A stretch of DNA of 64,000 bases, from NCBI RefSeq assembly GCF_000315625.1, contig NW_005434659.1, positions 495,142 through 559,141 on the forward strand. The letters run 5' to 3'. This document shows, one piece after another, positions 37,805 to 49,574 of the stretch. The stretch is from Guillardia theta CCMP2712 (lineage: Eukaryota; Protista; Cryptophyta). A program made the position numbers and the translations under genes. Every line of letters starts with the position of its first letter. Positions within the stretch are counted from its first letter, which is position 1. The notes below the pieces were generated by a model, which was not told the origin of the DNA, made no database searches, and saw nothing but the letters and a program-made list of their open reading frames with translations.

Positions 37805-38680
37805 ATGGAGGGGACAGATTTCGTGGTGGTGGGAGCCGGGAGGATGGGGGCGAGCATCGCAGGTTACCTTGCGACATGCGGGAAGACAGTAGGTATGCAC
37901 GACAGAACAGAGTTCGACATGAACAAAGGGATGGAGATCTTGCGGGCTGACATGAAGGCGTACGTGGAGAAAGGGCTGCTCACTGAACAGGACAAGGAGG
38001 AGGCGGTTAGGAGAATTCGGCTGGTGGGGACGCATGATGAGGTTGTTAAGTCCAAGGTCGTGATTGAGTGCATCTTCGAAAATGTTGAGGAGAAGAGAAA
38101 ACTCTTCAGCTCTCTCATTGCGTCAGCAGAGAAAGCGAAGCTGCGTCCGATCCTCGCCACAAACTCCATCAATTTCTCGATCAAGGACATTGTACCGAAC
38201 CGCGAGGAGATCTCGATGACGACGTGCGGGATCAGATTTCTCCATCCTGTATGGTTCATACCTCCTGTGGAGATTTCTTCGCAAGAAGAGCAGCGGCCGT
38301 TAGAGCTGGCCGCGCTATGGGAGGAGTGCGTAGGGCTTGGGCTAGAGCCTTTCTACATGTCAACCAAGGGGCTGAAAGGGTTTGGTCGTAGGAAGTTATA
38401 CCAGGATGAAATTGACAAGTACCATCAGCACCGCAAGGCGACTGTCTCCTCCTCCCTCCGCGGAGGACAGGCACCCGCGCCCAGAGGTTCGGGCAGTGTG
38501 GGGAGGGAGTGCGGTATCTGCATGGAGCCGAGCAGGGTGAGCATGATTTTGAGTCCCTGCGGGCACAAAGACCTCTGCAAGGAGTGCACGAACAAGATCA
38601 TGAGTGGAACTAGGACATGCCCGACATGCAGGAGGGCAGTGGAACGAGTGCTCGAGGCAGACTCGGGTGCTGACCTTTGA
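37805..38680 (+). CDS. 3-hydroxyacyl-CoA dehydrogenase-like NAD-binding domain fused to a C3HC4 RING finger
   Basis: VVVGAGRMGASIA Rossmann motif; VIECIFENVEEKRKLF; ILATNS; GIRFLHP; PVEI; RING CGIC...PCGHKDLCKEC...CPTCR. Intronless; alternative start at 37760. Confidence 0.9.
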   Translation: MEGTDFVVVGAGRMGASIAGYLATCGKTVGMHDRTEFDMNKGMEILRADMKAYVEKGLLTEQDKEEAVRRIRLVGTHDEVVKSKVVIECIFENVEEKRKLFSSLIASAEKAKLRPILATNSINFSIKDIVPNREEISMTTCGIRFLHPVWFIPPVEISSQEEQRPLELAALWEECVGLGLEPFYMSTKGLKGFGRRKLYQDEIDKYHQHRKATVSSSLRGGQAPAPRGSGSVGRECGICMEPSRVSMILSPCGHKDLCKECTNKIMSGTRTCPTCRRAVERVLEADSGADL

Positions 38681-39719
38681 AGGACTTGCAAGTGCAGCAG
38701 GTCGGAAGTGCCATGCGCATTGCTCCGGCCTTGAGATCGTGGCATGTATGAGATCTTGTTTCAGGACTAGCCTTGAGAGTGTTGTACCTATTAAATCTTT
38801 CTGCACATCGCTAAGGACACTGCCAGCATGTGTTGCTCCCCGGCAGCAAGATGCCTCGGCAAATCGGAAAACGTTGAGCAGAACCGTTGATGGCGTTATC
38901 CGGTTGCCTTGACAGCACAAAAGAAGGAATCAGTGTCTCAACAAGTAACTCGTTTCGTATCACAATCAACACTCATGCGAAGACTCGGATTAGCATAGCG
39001 AAAGTTATATTTCATGTTGCCAGCATGACAGCTGTCATAAGACAGAAAGAGAAGTTTGGTTATCTTCAGAGTCTTCAGTCTAAGGTCGACTTGCTAGGAG
39101 CCAACAGATGTCAAACGCTCATGGCATCAGCAGCATCGGCAGCATCGGCAGCGCATCATGAGCTCGAGCAAGCTCCCTTACCTCTCGCCAGCATGTCAGC
39201 GGCCGGGGCGAACCAACACTCATGACCCCACCCTTCTCTACAATGGGGGGTAGCTGAACAAGGGGTGGTATCTGATAGGTGGGTTCTGAATGAGGAATTC
39301 AGGGGTAGAGATGATAGGAATGTGGGTGAGAAGGGTGGGGTGGAATCAAAAGGGGGGGTAGAGTAGATCACAGTCTGAAGTAGGGGTAGTGGGGATGCGC
39401 CTCACCAGAGCATGTGCCGCTCATGGAGATCCGAAAGGGGGGGGGAGGGTGGGGAGGAGGAGGAGGAGGAGGAGGAGGAGGTGATGGAGAGGATATGAGT
39501 CTGAGAGGATATGAGATGGAGAAATATGAGACGGAAGGCAGCAGGGTAAGATCACAACAGAGCTCATGTGGAGGTTTGAGAAAGGAAATTGATGAAGGAG
39601 ATTTGTGCCTCAATGGCATGAAGCTCTCGACAACCATGCTAACTCTAGTCTTGAGGTAGGGGTGCAAGTTGCAACAAAGTGACATTGCTGCAGGATTGAT
39701 GCTCAACAACATCGTTGAG

Positions 39720-41650
39720 ATGGTTTGCCTTCGACATCATATCATGTTTCGCATTCTATTCCTTTGCGCCATGATATTTGTCAGGATGCCGCATGAAAGC
39801 ATGGCAAGCATGAATCAGTGCATGAGCTCAGTCAGACGATCGTGCGGCCTCTCTGCAGATGGTTGTCCGTCGGTTGTGAGGAGAAGAGGCATCAGGCTGC
39901 TCTGCTTGCGAGTGCGTGGGGGATCAACGAAATCGGATGAAAGCTCCTCTTCTATGGAGGATTCGGTGATGACACAAGACCTGCGGGTCCGTCAATGTGA
40001 CGGAGTTTGCTTCACAGACTCCGGACATTCAAAGTGACTTGTCCTCTCTTTCTTCATCGTCCGATGCAGTAACGTCGTCTTGTGTGCTGGTTGTAGCTGA
40101 TTGTGCTGCTGCAGCCAAAGCAAGCGAGCCATGAAGAAACGAAGCCGACAATTGGTGCTGTAAAAGACGAAGATGAGTCGGAGAAGAGTGATCCGGTGAA
40201 TGAGGCTATCTCGAGTGCTTTTGCTCTGGAGTATCAGCAGCGGAACGAGAAAACGAGGAGAGATTACGCCGCCAAGTTCCAACAGGGTGTTGGTAGTGGA
40301 ACAGCGGGAGTAGCGGGCGAGCCGACCGAGCTGCTTCCCAGGTTCGAGCCTGTCTTCAGCGGTCACAACATGGAGGTCATTGAGGATGGTCGAACGCTGC
40401 GGAAGAAGGACTGGAGCATCGTGCATGGCCGAGTCCTCGGTCTGGACAGGAAGGTGTGGTACGAAGACAAGGAAGAGAACGTGGCGTATGGCTACCAGGC
40501 TCCTTCCACCCTCGTGTTGGGCAGATCCTCCTCCATGGGCGTCGAGCGCTACTCCTTTCTCATCCGAGAGATCCAAGGAGGGAGCTTTTTCCTCGGCTTC
40601 CTCGAGCTTCCCTTCAAGCCGGTGCAGCAGTGGCCCAACTTCTTTGATACCTGCGCCTGGATGCTCGCAGATGGAGGGAACGTGTTCCGCACGGGGCCCG
40701 ACGTAGGAGGAGAAGGATACTACGACTCGCCGCAGGACGAGCTTCCTCTGATGGGGAGGAGGTTTGCGATGAAGACGGGGTTCGAGGTACTGACGGAGCT
40801 GCTGCGGCGGGAGCTCTACACTCAATACCCCAACGTGACGACACCAGGGATCTGGACGTTCGGGGAAGGGTCGGTGGTGTCGCTAGAGATCAACAGGGAG
40901 GAGAGGGAGCTGCGCTTCGAAGTTAACGACGCTCCTCCCTTCACCCTGCGCAACGTCTCCTCCTCCGCCCTGCCCTTCGTGACGCTCCTGTACCCCAACG
41001 ACACCGTCTCCCTCCTCTCTCCCGCCGAGGAGCAGTTCTTTCGTGCAAGGTGGAAGTCGAAGAGGAGGGGGCCGGAGGACCCGGACTACTGGGTGTGGGA
41101 CTGGGAGCGATGGCGCCCGTCCGACGGTGGTCTGATCTGGAAGGATGGGAAGTACGTGGAGGATCCTAACAAGAAGAACAGGTGGGAGAGAGGAAGGAGG
41201 GAAGAAGACGGGGACGGAGGGGGACGGAGGGTTTGACGAAATGCAGATGGTTTCCAACCTACGACAACAACGACGGGAGGAGCCCGGTCCCCGGGCTGAG
41301 CCTGACGGAGTACTTGATATTGAAGAGCTCGTATGACGAGCAGGCGCACGAGAAGCGGAAGAAGGAGAGGGAGAGACGAGACAAGAAGTATCGGCAACTC
41401 CTCCCTGCTTTCTCATGCGCTTCCGTTCCCCGCTACCTCCTCCACCCATCGTTGCTCTGCCAATCTCTCCCAGCCCTGTCCCCTCCGCACGTCTCTCCCC
41501 TTCCCCTCTTGACATCGAGATGGCAGGACACTGGAACGAGGGGACATGCCGAGAGAGCTGAAGCGAGTGATGAAGGAGGAGGACAAGGGTAAGTGGAGAG
41601 ATTTGGAGGAGAAGCTCGAGGAGCTGAAGAGCAGAGGCAAACTAAATTGA
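39720..41650 (+). CDS. Signal-peptide protein with SPRY/B30.2-like domain
   Basis: Hydrophobic leader MFRILFLCAMIFV; LRVRGG motif; SPRY-like GVERYSFLIREIQGGSFFLG...FGEGSVVSLEINREERELRFEVND...PFVTLLYPNDTVSL; spliced 3' exons ending SRGKLN*. Confidence 0.65.
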
Positions 41651-41839
41651 ATCGTAACGTCCTGACGCAAACTAAATTGAATCGTAACGTCCTCATTCTC
41701 CTCGTGTACCCTCGTCTCCCTCTCGTCGCCCCCCCCCCCCTCCTCCTCCTCCTCCTCCTCCTCCTCCTCCTCCTCCTCCTCCTCGTCATCATCATCATCA
41801 TCGCTCTCCCTCTCCCCCATCTGCCTGTCCCGAAGCCTC

Positions 41840-44800
41840 TCATCTTTCATTGAGAACGTCTCCGTAAGTCCTCGGGCCCTCCGCTATGCCGATGTGCTGC
41901 ATGTACAACCTCCCGCCCTCGATCTGCGCCGTCCACCTCGGCTGCATCGTTCTCGGGTCCCAGTTCAAAGCCTGGGGCAAGTGAGATGACCGTGAGGAGG
42001 AGGAGAGATCGAGGAGTATGGTAGGAGAGGAGAGAGGAGGAGAGGAGAGGAGTATGGCAGGAGAGGGAGACAGGAGAGAGAAGGCGTGGAGACAGGAGAC
42101 AGGAAAATAGAGAGAGAGGAGGAGGGGTGGGGAGGGGGCGGAGGACGAAGAGAGAGGAGCTACCTCCAGCAGGTTCTGGAGGCCTCGGAGCTCATTGATA
42201 CGCATGTCGGTGATGTCGGAGGAAGCTGCTCTAACGAGGGGACAGTCTAAGAGAGTCTGCAAGGAGGGTCAGAGGGACGACAAGAGAGAAGGCGGGAGGA
42301 GAGAGGGAGGGAGGAGGGAGGGAGGAGGGAGGGAGGGAGGGAGGGAGGGAGGGAGNNNNNNNNNNNNNNNNNNNNNNNNNNNNNNNNNNNNNNNNNNNNN
42401 NNNNNNNNNNNNNNNNNNNNNNNNNNNNNNNNNNNNNNNNNNNNNNNNNNNNNNNGCTCGTCTCCTCAGGATCCCCATCTCCTCCTCCTCCTCCTCCTCC
42501 TCCTCCTCCTCCTCCTCCTCCTCCTCCTCCTCCTCCTTCCCCTCCCCCTCCCCCTCCTTACCCGTATTTCTGGTCCCAGATCCTCCCAGCGACCTTGAGG
42601 ACGGTGTTGAGCGTCTCTGCCGCTGCCTCGAGCGCTTCAAGTGCGGCAGACGCGTTGGCTCCCTGCTGCAGTGCCGCCACGATGGACTGCTTCCCGCAGA
42701 ACTCTCTGACCCAGAGGTAGGTGAAGAAGGCGCTGCGGTCTGCATGAGCTGAACAAAACAGAACGGAGATAACAGGAGGAAAAGAAGAAGGTAGAGGAGG
42801 AGGACAAGCAGGAGGAGGACGAGCAGGACGAGGACGAGGAGGACGAGGAGGACGAGGAGGAGGAAATGAAACTTCAGGATGTTGTGAGAGTCGACAACCT
42901 ATTGACGTACTGTACGCCATCCACATTGATTGTCTGTAGCTCAGCACTTTTACCCACACCGATCGTGTCCTCCGCTAGCTGCTTGGCCGCGGCTAGCGAC
43001 AGTTCCTCGTTCTACAAGTGCTCAGCTCATCTCCCTCCCTCCCTCTCCTCACCTGCATCAAAGCAGCGAACATGTTCACGCATGCACGCGTCTCGCCATT
43101 TCCCTTGTTCAGTCGCTCCGACGGTTCAGCTCGGCATCGCATGTGCGGCACTCCCACGTGCTCATCCCCCAGCAGCTGCCCGAGGAACTTGAGGAAGGAC
43201 AACCCCTCCTCAGAAGCCCCGGCCACCCGACCCAGACATGCCGACCATGCGAAGCCCTGGAAGCCTCCGCCGAAGGTGAACATCTTAGGCAGCTGCTGAA
43301 TGCGCTCGACGAACTTCTCGGCGAGCTTCGCCTGGATCAGCTCCTTCATCGTCTTCTTCTCCTCCTCGCTCTTGCCCGCCATCAGCTGCGTCAGGCTCTG
43401 CACGGTATCGTAGTAGATGGGTGAGGAACCAAGGGCGGAAGGGTCTCCACGCAGAACAGCCGAGAAGAATTTCGCTTTGTTGTCAATCTGCGACTTGTCG
43501 GACCCAATGTTGTTGAAACCAGCCCCATCTGAGATCTTCTTGAACATGTCGTGCTGCTCCTTGCTCAAGCTGTCCCACGTCCTCGAGAGCAGCGTGTCGA
43601 TATACTGCTCCCCCTCCTCCTCTTCCTGCTTGCTCGACTGGATTACGTAGGATTTCAAGGTTGCTATCTTCTTTTCTTCCTCCTCCTCTGATGCAAGAGC
43701 GTCGAGCATGGGGATCAGCGTGCTGGCCTCCGGAAGGGTCTTGCATATTTCGAGGACAGCTGCGCTTCCCTTGAGCGCGATCGCGATCTTCCTGGCCTGC
43801 TTGGGGTAGGAGGAGACGAGCGGGACGGAAGTGACCTGCAGGAAGGTGCTCATGTGCTGCAGCATGTACTTGATCCTCTCCCTGTCCTCGTCGTGCGCTA
43901 CAGGACCAGAGCAGAGGCGAGCAGCACTGGCGAGCCATGTGTACATCCTCTCCTCCGCTGACCGCTTGGGGCCGTTGGGGTCAAACTGCTGGAACGTCCC
44001 GTGAGTCCACTTGGCGTCCATGCCGGAGAGAGCGACGAGGAGGCGAGCGAACATCTCCGTGACTCCCGTCCCTCCCTCCGGGTACATCACGTGCGGGATC
44101 AGCTTCGCTCCTCGCTTGTGCGTCGCCTCCTTGGATCCGAAAAGCTTCCGCTCCACCTGCACGGCCCCGTCGGCGCCGGGGGAGTCGGAAAGGATGCGGA
44201 TCCATTCCTCATCCAGCAGGCAGATTGACGCGATGTTCCCCACCTTGAGCGGTTTATCCTTTACCAGGAAGATGTTCGTCGCCGCTGCGTCCACGTCCTC
44301 CTTCAGCCTCGCGCTGTACTCGGGGATGGGAAGCGGAAACCTGTTGCAGTCTCGTCTACCGGAGATGGGGAGGCCAAGGGGACAGCGGAGGCTGTTAGGC
44401 TCGTTCTTGTTCTTGTAGGGCTGGCGGGAAGGGGCAAAGAAGGGGAGCAGAGCAGCGCAGCGAGAGATACAGAGCTTGACGAGGATGGGAAGGACGTTGG
44501 GGAGGATAGAAATGATCTCGAGGGTCAGGCTGACGGCTGCTTCCTTGGAGTCTGAGCGGGTCAGGACGAGGGCAATCAGCAACGCTCGCAGCTTTGTGCT
44601 GCCACCAGAGTCCATCTGGCTATCTCGTTCCTTGGCAAACTGTCGGAGCTTCTCCGCTCGATCCTGCAGGCTCAAGCTGCTCTTGAGGTGCTGCGGCCCT
44701 GACTCCTCCCACACCTCTGCGCTGAGTTCAGAGATCCCCTTGCAAACATCGCCCAGCTGAGCCCGAGCTCTCACGAGATCCGCGATGTCATGAGTGGCGA

Positions 44801-46502
44801 TCAGGCCGATCCAAGAAGGCGCGAGAGCCTTGCGGGCCTCGGAGATCCTGATGAGCTCTTTCTGTTTCTCGTTGATGCTGGACTCCAGCTCAAGTATATC
44901 GCTCTTCAGAGATTTTGATTTGCTCTGGAGCCTCGTCACATCCGCCAGCCGCTCCTCGACTTCTCCCTTGCTGCCTTCCGCATGCCCGTAGAGCAAGTAC
45001 GTCCAGGCAGACGAGAGAGGCTTGAGCTTCTCCTCCATCGAGCCCGAGGTCTTGTTGAGAGCCTGGACCAACTCCTCGAGGGTGCTCTTGCTCTCCGATT
45101 GAGACGTATCCTTTAGCACTCCCCGTATCCGCTGTACCTCCTGCTCCATGCCCTTCACTGCTTCCTCTCCTGCAGCATGATGGCGCTTGAGCTGCGCCGC
45201 GATCTTCTGCTCCCTTCTCTTCTGCCAGTCGCTCTTGGCTTCACGTCCCAGACCAGTCAAGCCTTGCAGAGCCTGGAGAGCCTCCTCCTTCCTCTGCGAG
45301 GAACTCGACGAGTAGTCAGGAGTGTTGGGTTCTCGGAAGACGTTGTCCTCCTCCCAGTCGTCGCTGTCGGACCGTCGGACCGATCCCAAGTCTTGTGAAG
45401 ACCGAGGAGTGGATTCGGTGGACCTACACCTGAGCATCCAAGTCACGTCAGGGAGGTCACGAGCAAGACAGCGGCACGGCTCACCCATCGAGAACTTCTC
45501 GCGCATCCTCCGACCGTCCGACGATCTGATCGTCGATGAGGGAAGAGATGTCGCGGTCGATCACCAGCCTCAAGCTCGACTGGTTCAGCTGAACCACAGG
45601 CGACGGACGGTCAAAGCGCTGCTGAGCCATCGAATCAGCTCGAAGGAAAAGCAGCAAAATGAGCAACAAGGAGAGGGGGTGGGGGGGCGGGTACTCACCG
45701 ACGGCGAGCTCTTAAACTGGTTGAGGAGACGGGGAGTCAAGCTTCGACTTGTCCCGACATTGAGACGCGAGGGGGAGGCGTATGAGTCCTTGATCTGCAA
45801 CCAGTGAGAGTCTTTCTGCTTGACTTCAGCTGGGTCCTTGAACATGTACGAGAAAGCTCTCGAGCCGAAGGGAAACATCTGTACGTGGTCCAGCGAGCCG
45901 TGTCTGCTGGAGACATGCCCGGCTTTGTGCAGCACGGGGTCTGAAAGGATGTTGGGAGACTTCTCTTTCACTACTGGAGTCTTTGACGCTGACCCTACAG
46001 GGTTGACTGCTTCTGCCGTCTTGGTTTGTGCTCCGAGTTTCCCATCCGTTGCTATCTTGGAGGTGGGCGAGGGCTTGCTCTCTGACTGATTCTCAGCTGT
46101 CTGAGAGCTGCCGCCTTTGATCGGAGAGATGCCTTGTGAGAGTGACATCGAGCCAGGCTTGCTTGCCCCTCCCGCTTCAAACATGTTTGTTCCCAGCCCT
46201 GTCGCGCCTGTCGGCTTCTGGGCTGACGACGATGCAGAAGCAGGTTGTGGCTGAGCAGCAGGTTGGGAGGGGCCAGCAGACTGACTCCAGCTCTTGAACT
46301 GCTCCACCAGGTCGTTTCTGCCGGCAAGAAGCGTCGAGACCATCAGATTCGCCGCTGCAACATCTATCTGCTTGTTCTTCATGCTCCTCACCGTCTTCAC
46401 AAACTCAGGATATCTCGGGCCCAGTGCCGCCTTCACTGCTTCCTTCAACGCATCCGGCAGATTTCCTCCGGCGCTCTCAGCGGGCGCTGTGGAGGACGTC
46501 AT
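41840..46502 (-). CDS. Large hypothetical protein: N-terminal PAH/HHD-like helical bundle, low-complexity linker, coiled coil, unknown C-terminal domain
   Basis: ORFs of 305 aa and 837 aa plus smaller exons. RYPEFVKTVRSMKNKQIDVAAANLMVSTLLAGRNDLVEQFKSW resembles a PAH repeat. The gene spans an assembly gap. Confidence 0.65.
42356..42455. other. Assembly gap (100 N)
   Basis: N run between (GGGA)n and (CCT)n tracts. Confidence 1.
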
Positions 46503-47435
46503 TCTAGGTGCGGAGGATCAGAACTGAAGGACGAGGCTCCTGCCGGGCTAGCGATTCTCCTCTTTGAATGAAACGGGATCCGTTCCAAACAACATGGCGA
46601 AATCCCCTGTTAACATAGATAAGAAAACTGCTCCGACAACTCCTCAGATTCATCCTGAACTGTTACTCTCAGAGACATTCGGTGACTCTGTACTTTCATT
46701 CTATACCTCTCATATGTTTTACCCCCATGTCCTTGTGCTTCACGTCTGATATCATCTCTATGGTCTCAATCATCGTCTCCATCATAATCTACACAACTTG
46801 ATCATCTTTCTCCGTCTCCCACAATGTTTTCGTCAACATCCTCATGATGAATTTTTCATCATCATTTTAATATCCGTCATCTCCATCTCCATCGTCTCTT
46901 TAGTCGCCGCCCTATCCACTCAATCATCGACCCATCATATCATTTTGATCTCCATCATCTCCATCATCTCCATCCCAATCATCATTATATGCCTCCATTT
47001 GTGATTTTTCAATCTCATGTCTCCTGCTGATAAATCTTTATCTGTCTCTTCACCTTCATCTCCACTAACTACATTCCCCATGATCCGCGTGCCATGAATC
47101 ATGGTTTGAGCTTTTCCAACTAGAAGGGGTCAGAGAATGGGTGGCTGAAGGGGTGGTATCAATGTGGGTCCGAGGAGGGATGAGGGTTACTCACGCCGGG
47201 CGGCGGCCCGTCACAGTGATGGCAGCGCGGCCCGGCCCTGGCGGTCACCCGTCAAGTTCAGTGCCCGGCTGGGCCGCGAGTCACGACGGGCTGGACCGCG
47301 AGTGCGCCGGATCACGACGGGCCTGGCTCCGACTCGGGGTGGCCATAGGCCCGGAGTCACTGAGTCACGTACTCAAAGTTTACTAACGGTTAAAGCTCAG
47401 TACGAGGACCATCATCACTTCACTGAATCAGTGAC

Positions 47436-49112
47436 TCAGACTGCTGGCAGCTTCAAGTTACTCGCCCAGGCTGCCGACGAGTCAGCAGCCGCTGGCGCGT
47501 CCTTGTCTTCCTCGCCGGCATGAGCAGTTTCAGCTGAGAGCTGCTGAGGGTCCGAGGCGGTAGCAAACCAGAGCTGGAGGGAGTAGAGGGAGGGAGGAGG
47601 AGCCTTGAGAGCCTGCTCCTTCTCCTGCTCCACCACCTGCAGCATGATCCGTTTGAAGACTGTCTCGTTCACGTAGGGCTTGTCTTCGCTGTCGTCCGAC
47701 GCCGGGGGCTCGGAGGGCGGCTGAAGTTGAGAATGAAGGTTGCGCTTCCTTCGAAGGACGCGAGCAAGGCGATCGTCAAGAGCAGCGATCTGCTCGTCGA
47801 GAATGGAGAGCGAGGGGCTCATTATCTCCATCGCGCCCGTTCGCTTGTAAAGATCCGTCGCCAGCTCCATCGCTCTCTTGCATTCATCACGCTGACTTGT
47901 GAGAGTCTCTTCCGCGTCCTCTTGCTCGTCCTGACATGCTCTGCTCAGGCCCAGCTGGCTTTCAACGATGTCCAGGTACTTGTCAGCCGGGCACATGTCC
48001 AGCAGGAGCGAGCAGGAGTGCTTGAGGCTTGTGACTTTGGAGGAGATGTTGGGGTTGACGTTGACCTTGTTGCTCATGGACTCAGCAAAGAGGATAAGCT
48101 GCATGATACCGTCGAGCTTCACTTTGCGATCTACTCTTTGTTTCTGATTGTGCACTGGTGCGTAGCAGGAGGCGAGCTGATGCTTGAGTTCGTTAGTCAT
48201 CATGCTCACCTCGAACTCCACGTCTTCTCTCTGCATCGCCAAGTCTCGCTGCGCTTTCTGCTGCTGCTCGACGGTGGCAGCGAGCTCACTCTGCCTGCTC
48301 GCATACGAGTCGCACACTCGCTGGCTCAGAGCCTCGTGCGCCTCCTTGTCACGTGACACGCTCTCCTCCAGCTCCTTCGCCAGCTGGTTCAGGTGCTGCA
48401 GCCTCGCCTGCAGGTCGCGCAGTCGGTCTGTGGTCGTCGTTCTCAGCTGCTTCAGGCCCTGCGAGGTGCCCGATACCTGCGCGTGGTGCTTCATCTCCCT
48501 CTCCTCCGCGCGCGTCTTGAGCAGCTCAGCCTGCAGCGGTTGGATGCGCCTGCGCGCGTCCTTGAGCCGAAGCTCGTCCTTGAGCAGCCTCACTCGTGAC
48601 CGCAAGCAGCGATCCAGCTCCTCCACCTCACTCGTTGACACCGTCACGTCATCCGTAACCTTGACCGAGACGTCGGTGCCCATCTCCCAGTACTGCTGGA
48701 GGCCCTTGACAACCTGCTGGGAGAGGCGGGAGGAGATGCCGAGCATGCGCGCAAGGTTGTTGTTGCCGACGATGCTCATGAGCCGGCTCCCGTCGATGCT
48801 GTTGACAATCACTCGCCTCAAAACCTGTACGTCCTCGAAGGTATCCACTCCGCCATAGATGCTGCGAGCAGAGAACTCGTGCTTGCCCTTGTAGTGCACG
48901 TCCTGCAAGTTGAGGAAGTCGGCGAGGAAAGAGAAAACGTCGAACATACTCCATTGCTTGAGAGGGCTGTACATGTAGAACTGCGAGTACATTCTTCGAA
49001 AAGCCCTCCGTTCGTTGTCATGGATCAAACTCTTGTAGTGCGAGAGATGCTGGGGTAGAAATCTCGTTTTCTTCTTGCTCTTGGCGGGCGAGTTTTCCTT
49101 CACCCCTGCCAT
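47436..49112 (-). CDS. Intronless coiled-coil protein with SAM-like N-terminal domain
   Basis: 558-aa ORF. WSMFDVFSFL...IDGSRLMS...LARMLGIS fits a SAM pattern; followed by long heptad-rich regions. Confidence 0.75.
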   Translation of the reverse strand: MAGVKENSPAKSKKKTRFLPQHLSHYKSLIHDNERRAFRRMYSQFYMYSPLKQWSMFDVFSFLADFLNLQDVHYKGKHEFSARSIYGGVDTFEDVQVLRRVIVNSIDGSRLMSIVGNNNLARMLGISSRLSQQVVKGLQQYWEMGTDVSVKVTDDVTVSTSEVEELDRCLRSRVRLLKDELRLKDARRRIQPLQAELLKTRAEEREMKHHAQVSGTSQGLKQLRTTTTDRLRDLQARLQHLNQLAKELEESVSRDKEAHEALSQRVCDSYASRQSELAATVEQQQKAQRDLAMQREDVEFEVSMMTNELKHQLASCYAPVHNQKQRVDRKVKLDGIMQLILFAESMSNKVNVNPNISSKVTSLKHSCSLLLDMCPADKYLDIVESQLGLSRACQDEQEDAEETLTSQRDECKRAMELATDLYKRTGAMEIMSPSLSILDEQIAALDDRLARVLRRKRNLHSQLQPPSEPPASDDSEDKPYVNETVFKRIMLQVVEQEKEQALKAPPPSLYSLQLWFATASDPQQLSAETAHAGEEDKDAPAAADSSAAWASNLKLPAV

Positions 49113-49142
49113 ATCGCAGACGCAGGTCTACATGTCAGGTCT

Positions 49143-49268
49143 TGTGCGGTACTTGCTCGTCTTCTTCCCCCCTCCCTCGTCGCTCAACGGTCTAGCATGG
49201 CTTCATGTGCGGTACTTGCTCGTCTTCTTCCCCCCTCCCTCGTCGCTCAACGGTCTAGCATGGCTTCA
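49143..49268. repeat. 63-bp perfect tandem duplication (2 copies)
   Basis: tgtgcggtacttgctcgtcttc...ctagcatggcttca occurs twice, head to tail. Confidence 0.95.
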
Positions 49269-49574
49269 TCCTTCCGGCCCTACCCGTTGGTTTTATTCGA
49301 GTGACCTGCTCCAAGGACTGAAAGCTAGGCGATGGAGAGGTAACAGCAGTTGTACCTACTGCCATCTCGAACATCTACCTCATCTCTCATACACCATCTA
49401 CCTCATCTCTTATCGAACATCTACCTCTTATTGGGTGTCTTTTGTTTGTTGTACAGTAGAATTGTCTGTCTTGTTGCTTGTTTCTCAGTACTGTTTTAAA
49501 CATATGTTTTCTCAGATGCTTCTTTCCTCAAACATGAGTTTTTCAACAAAAGCATGATTTGCCATCCTCTCATC

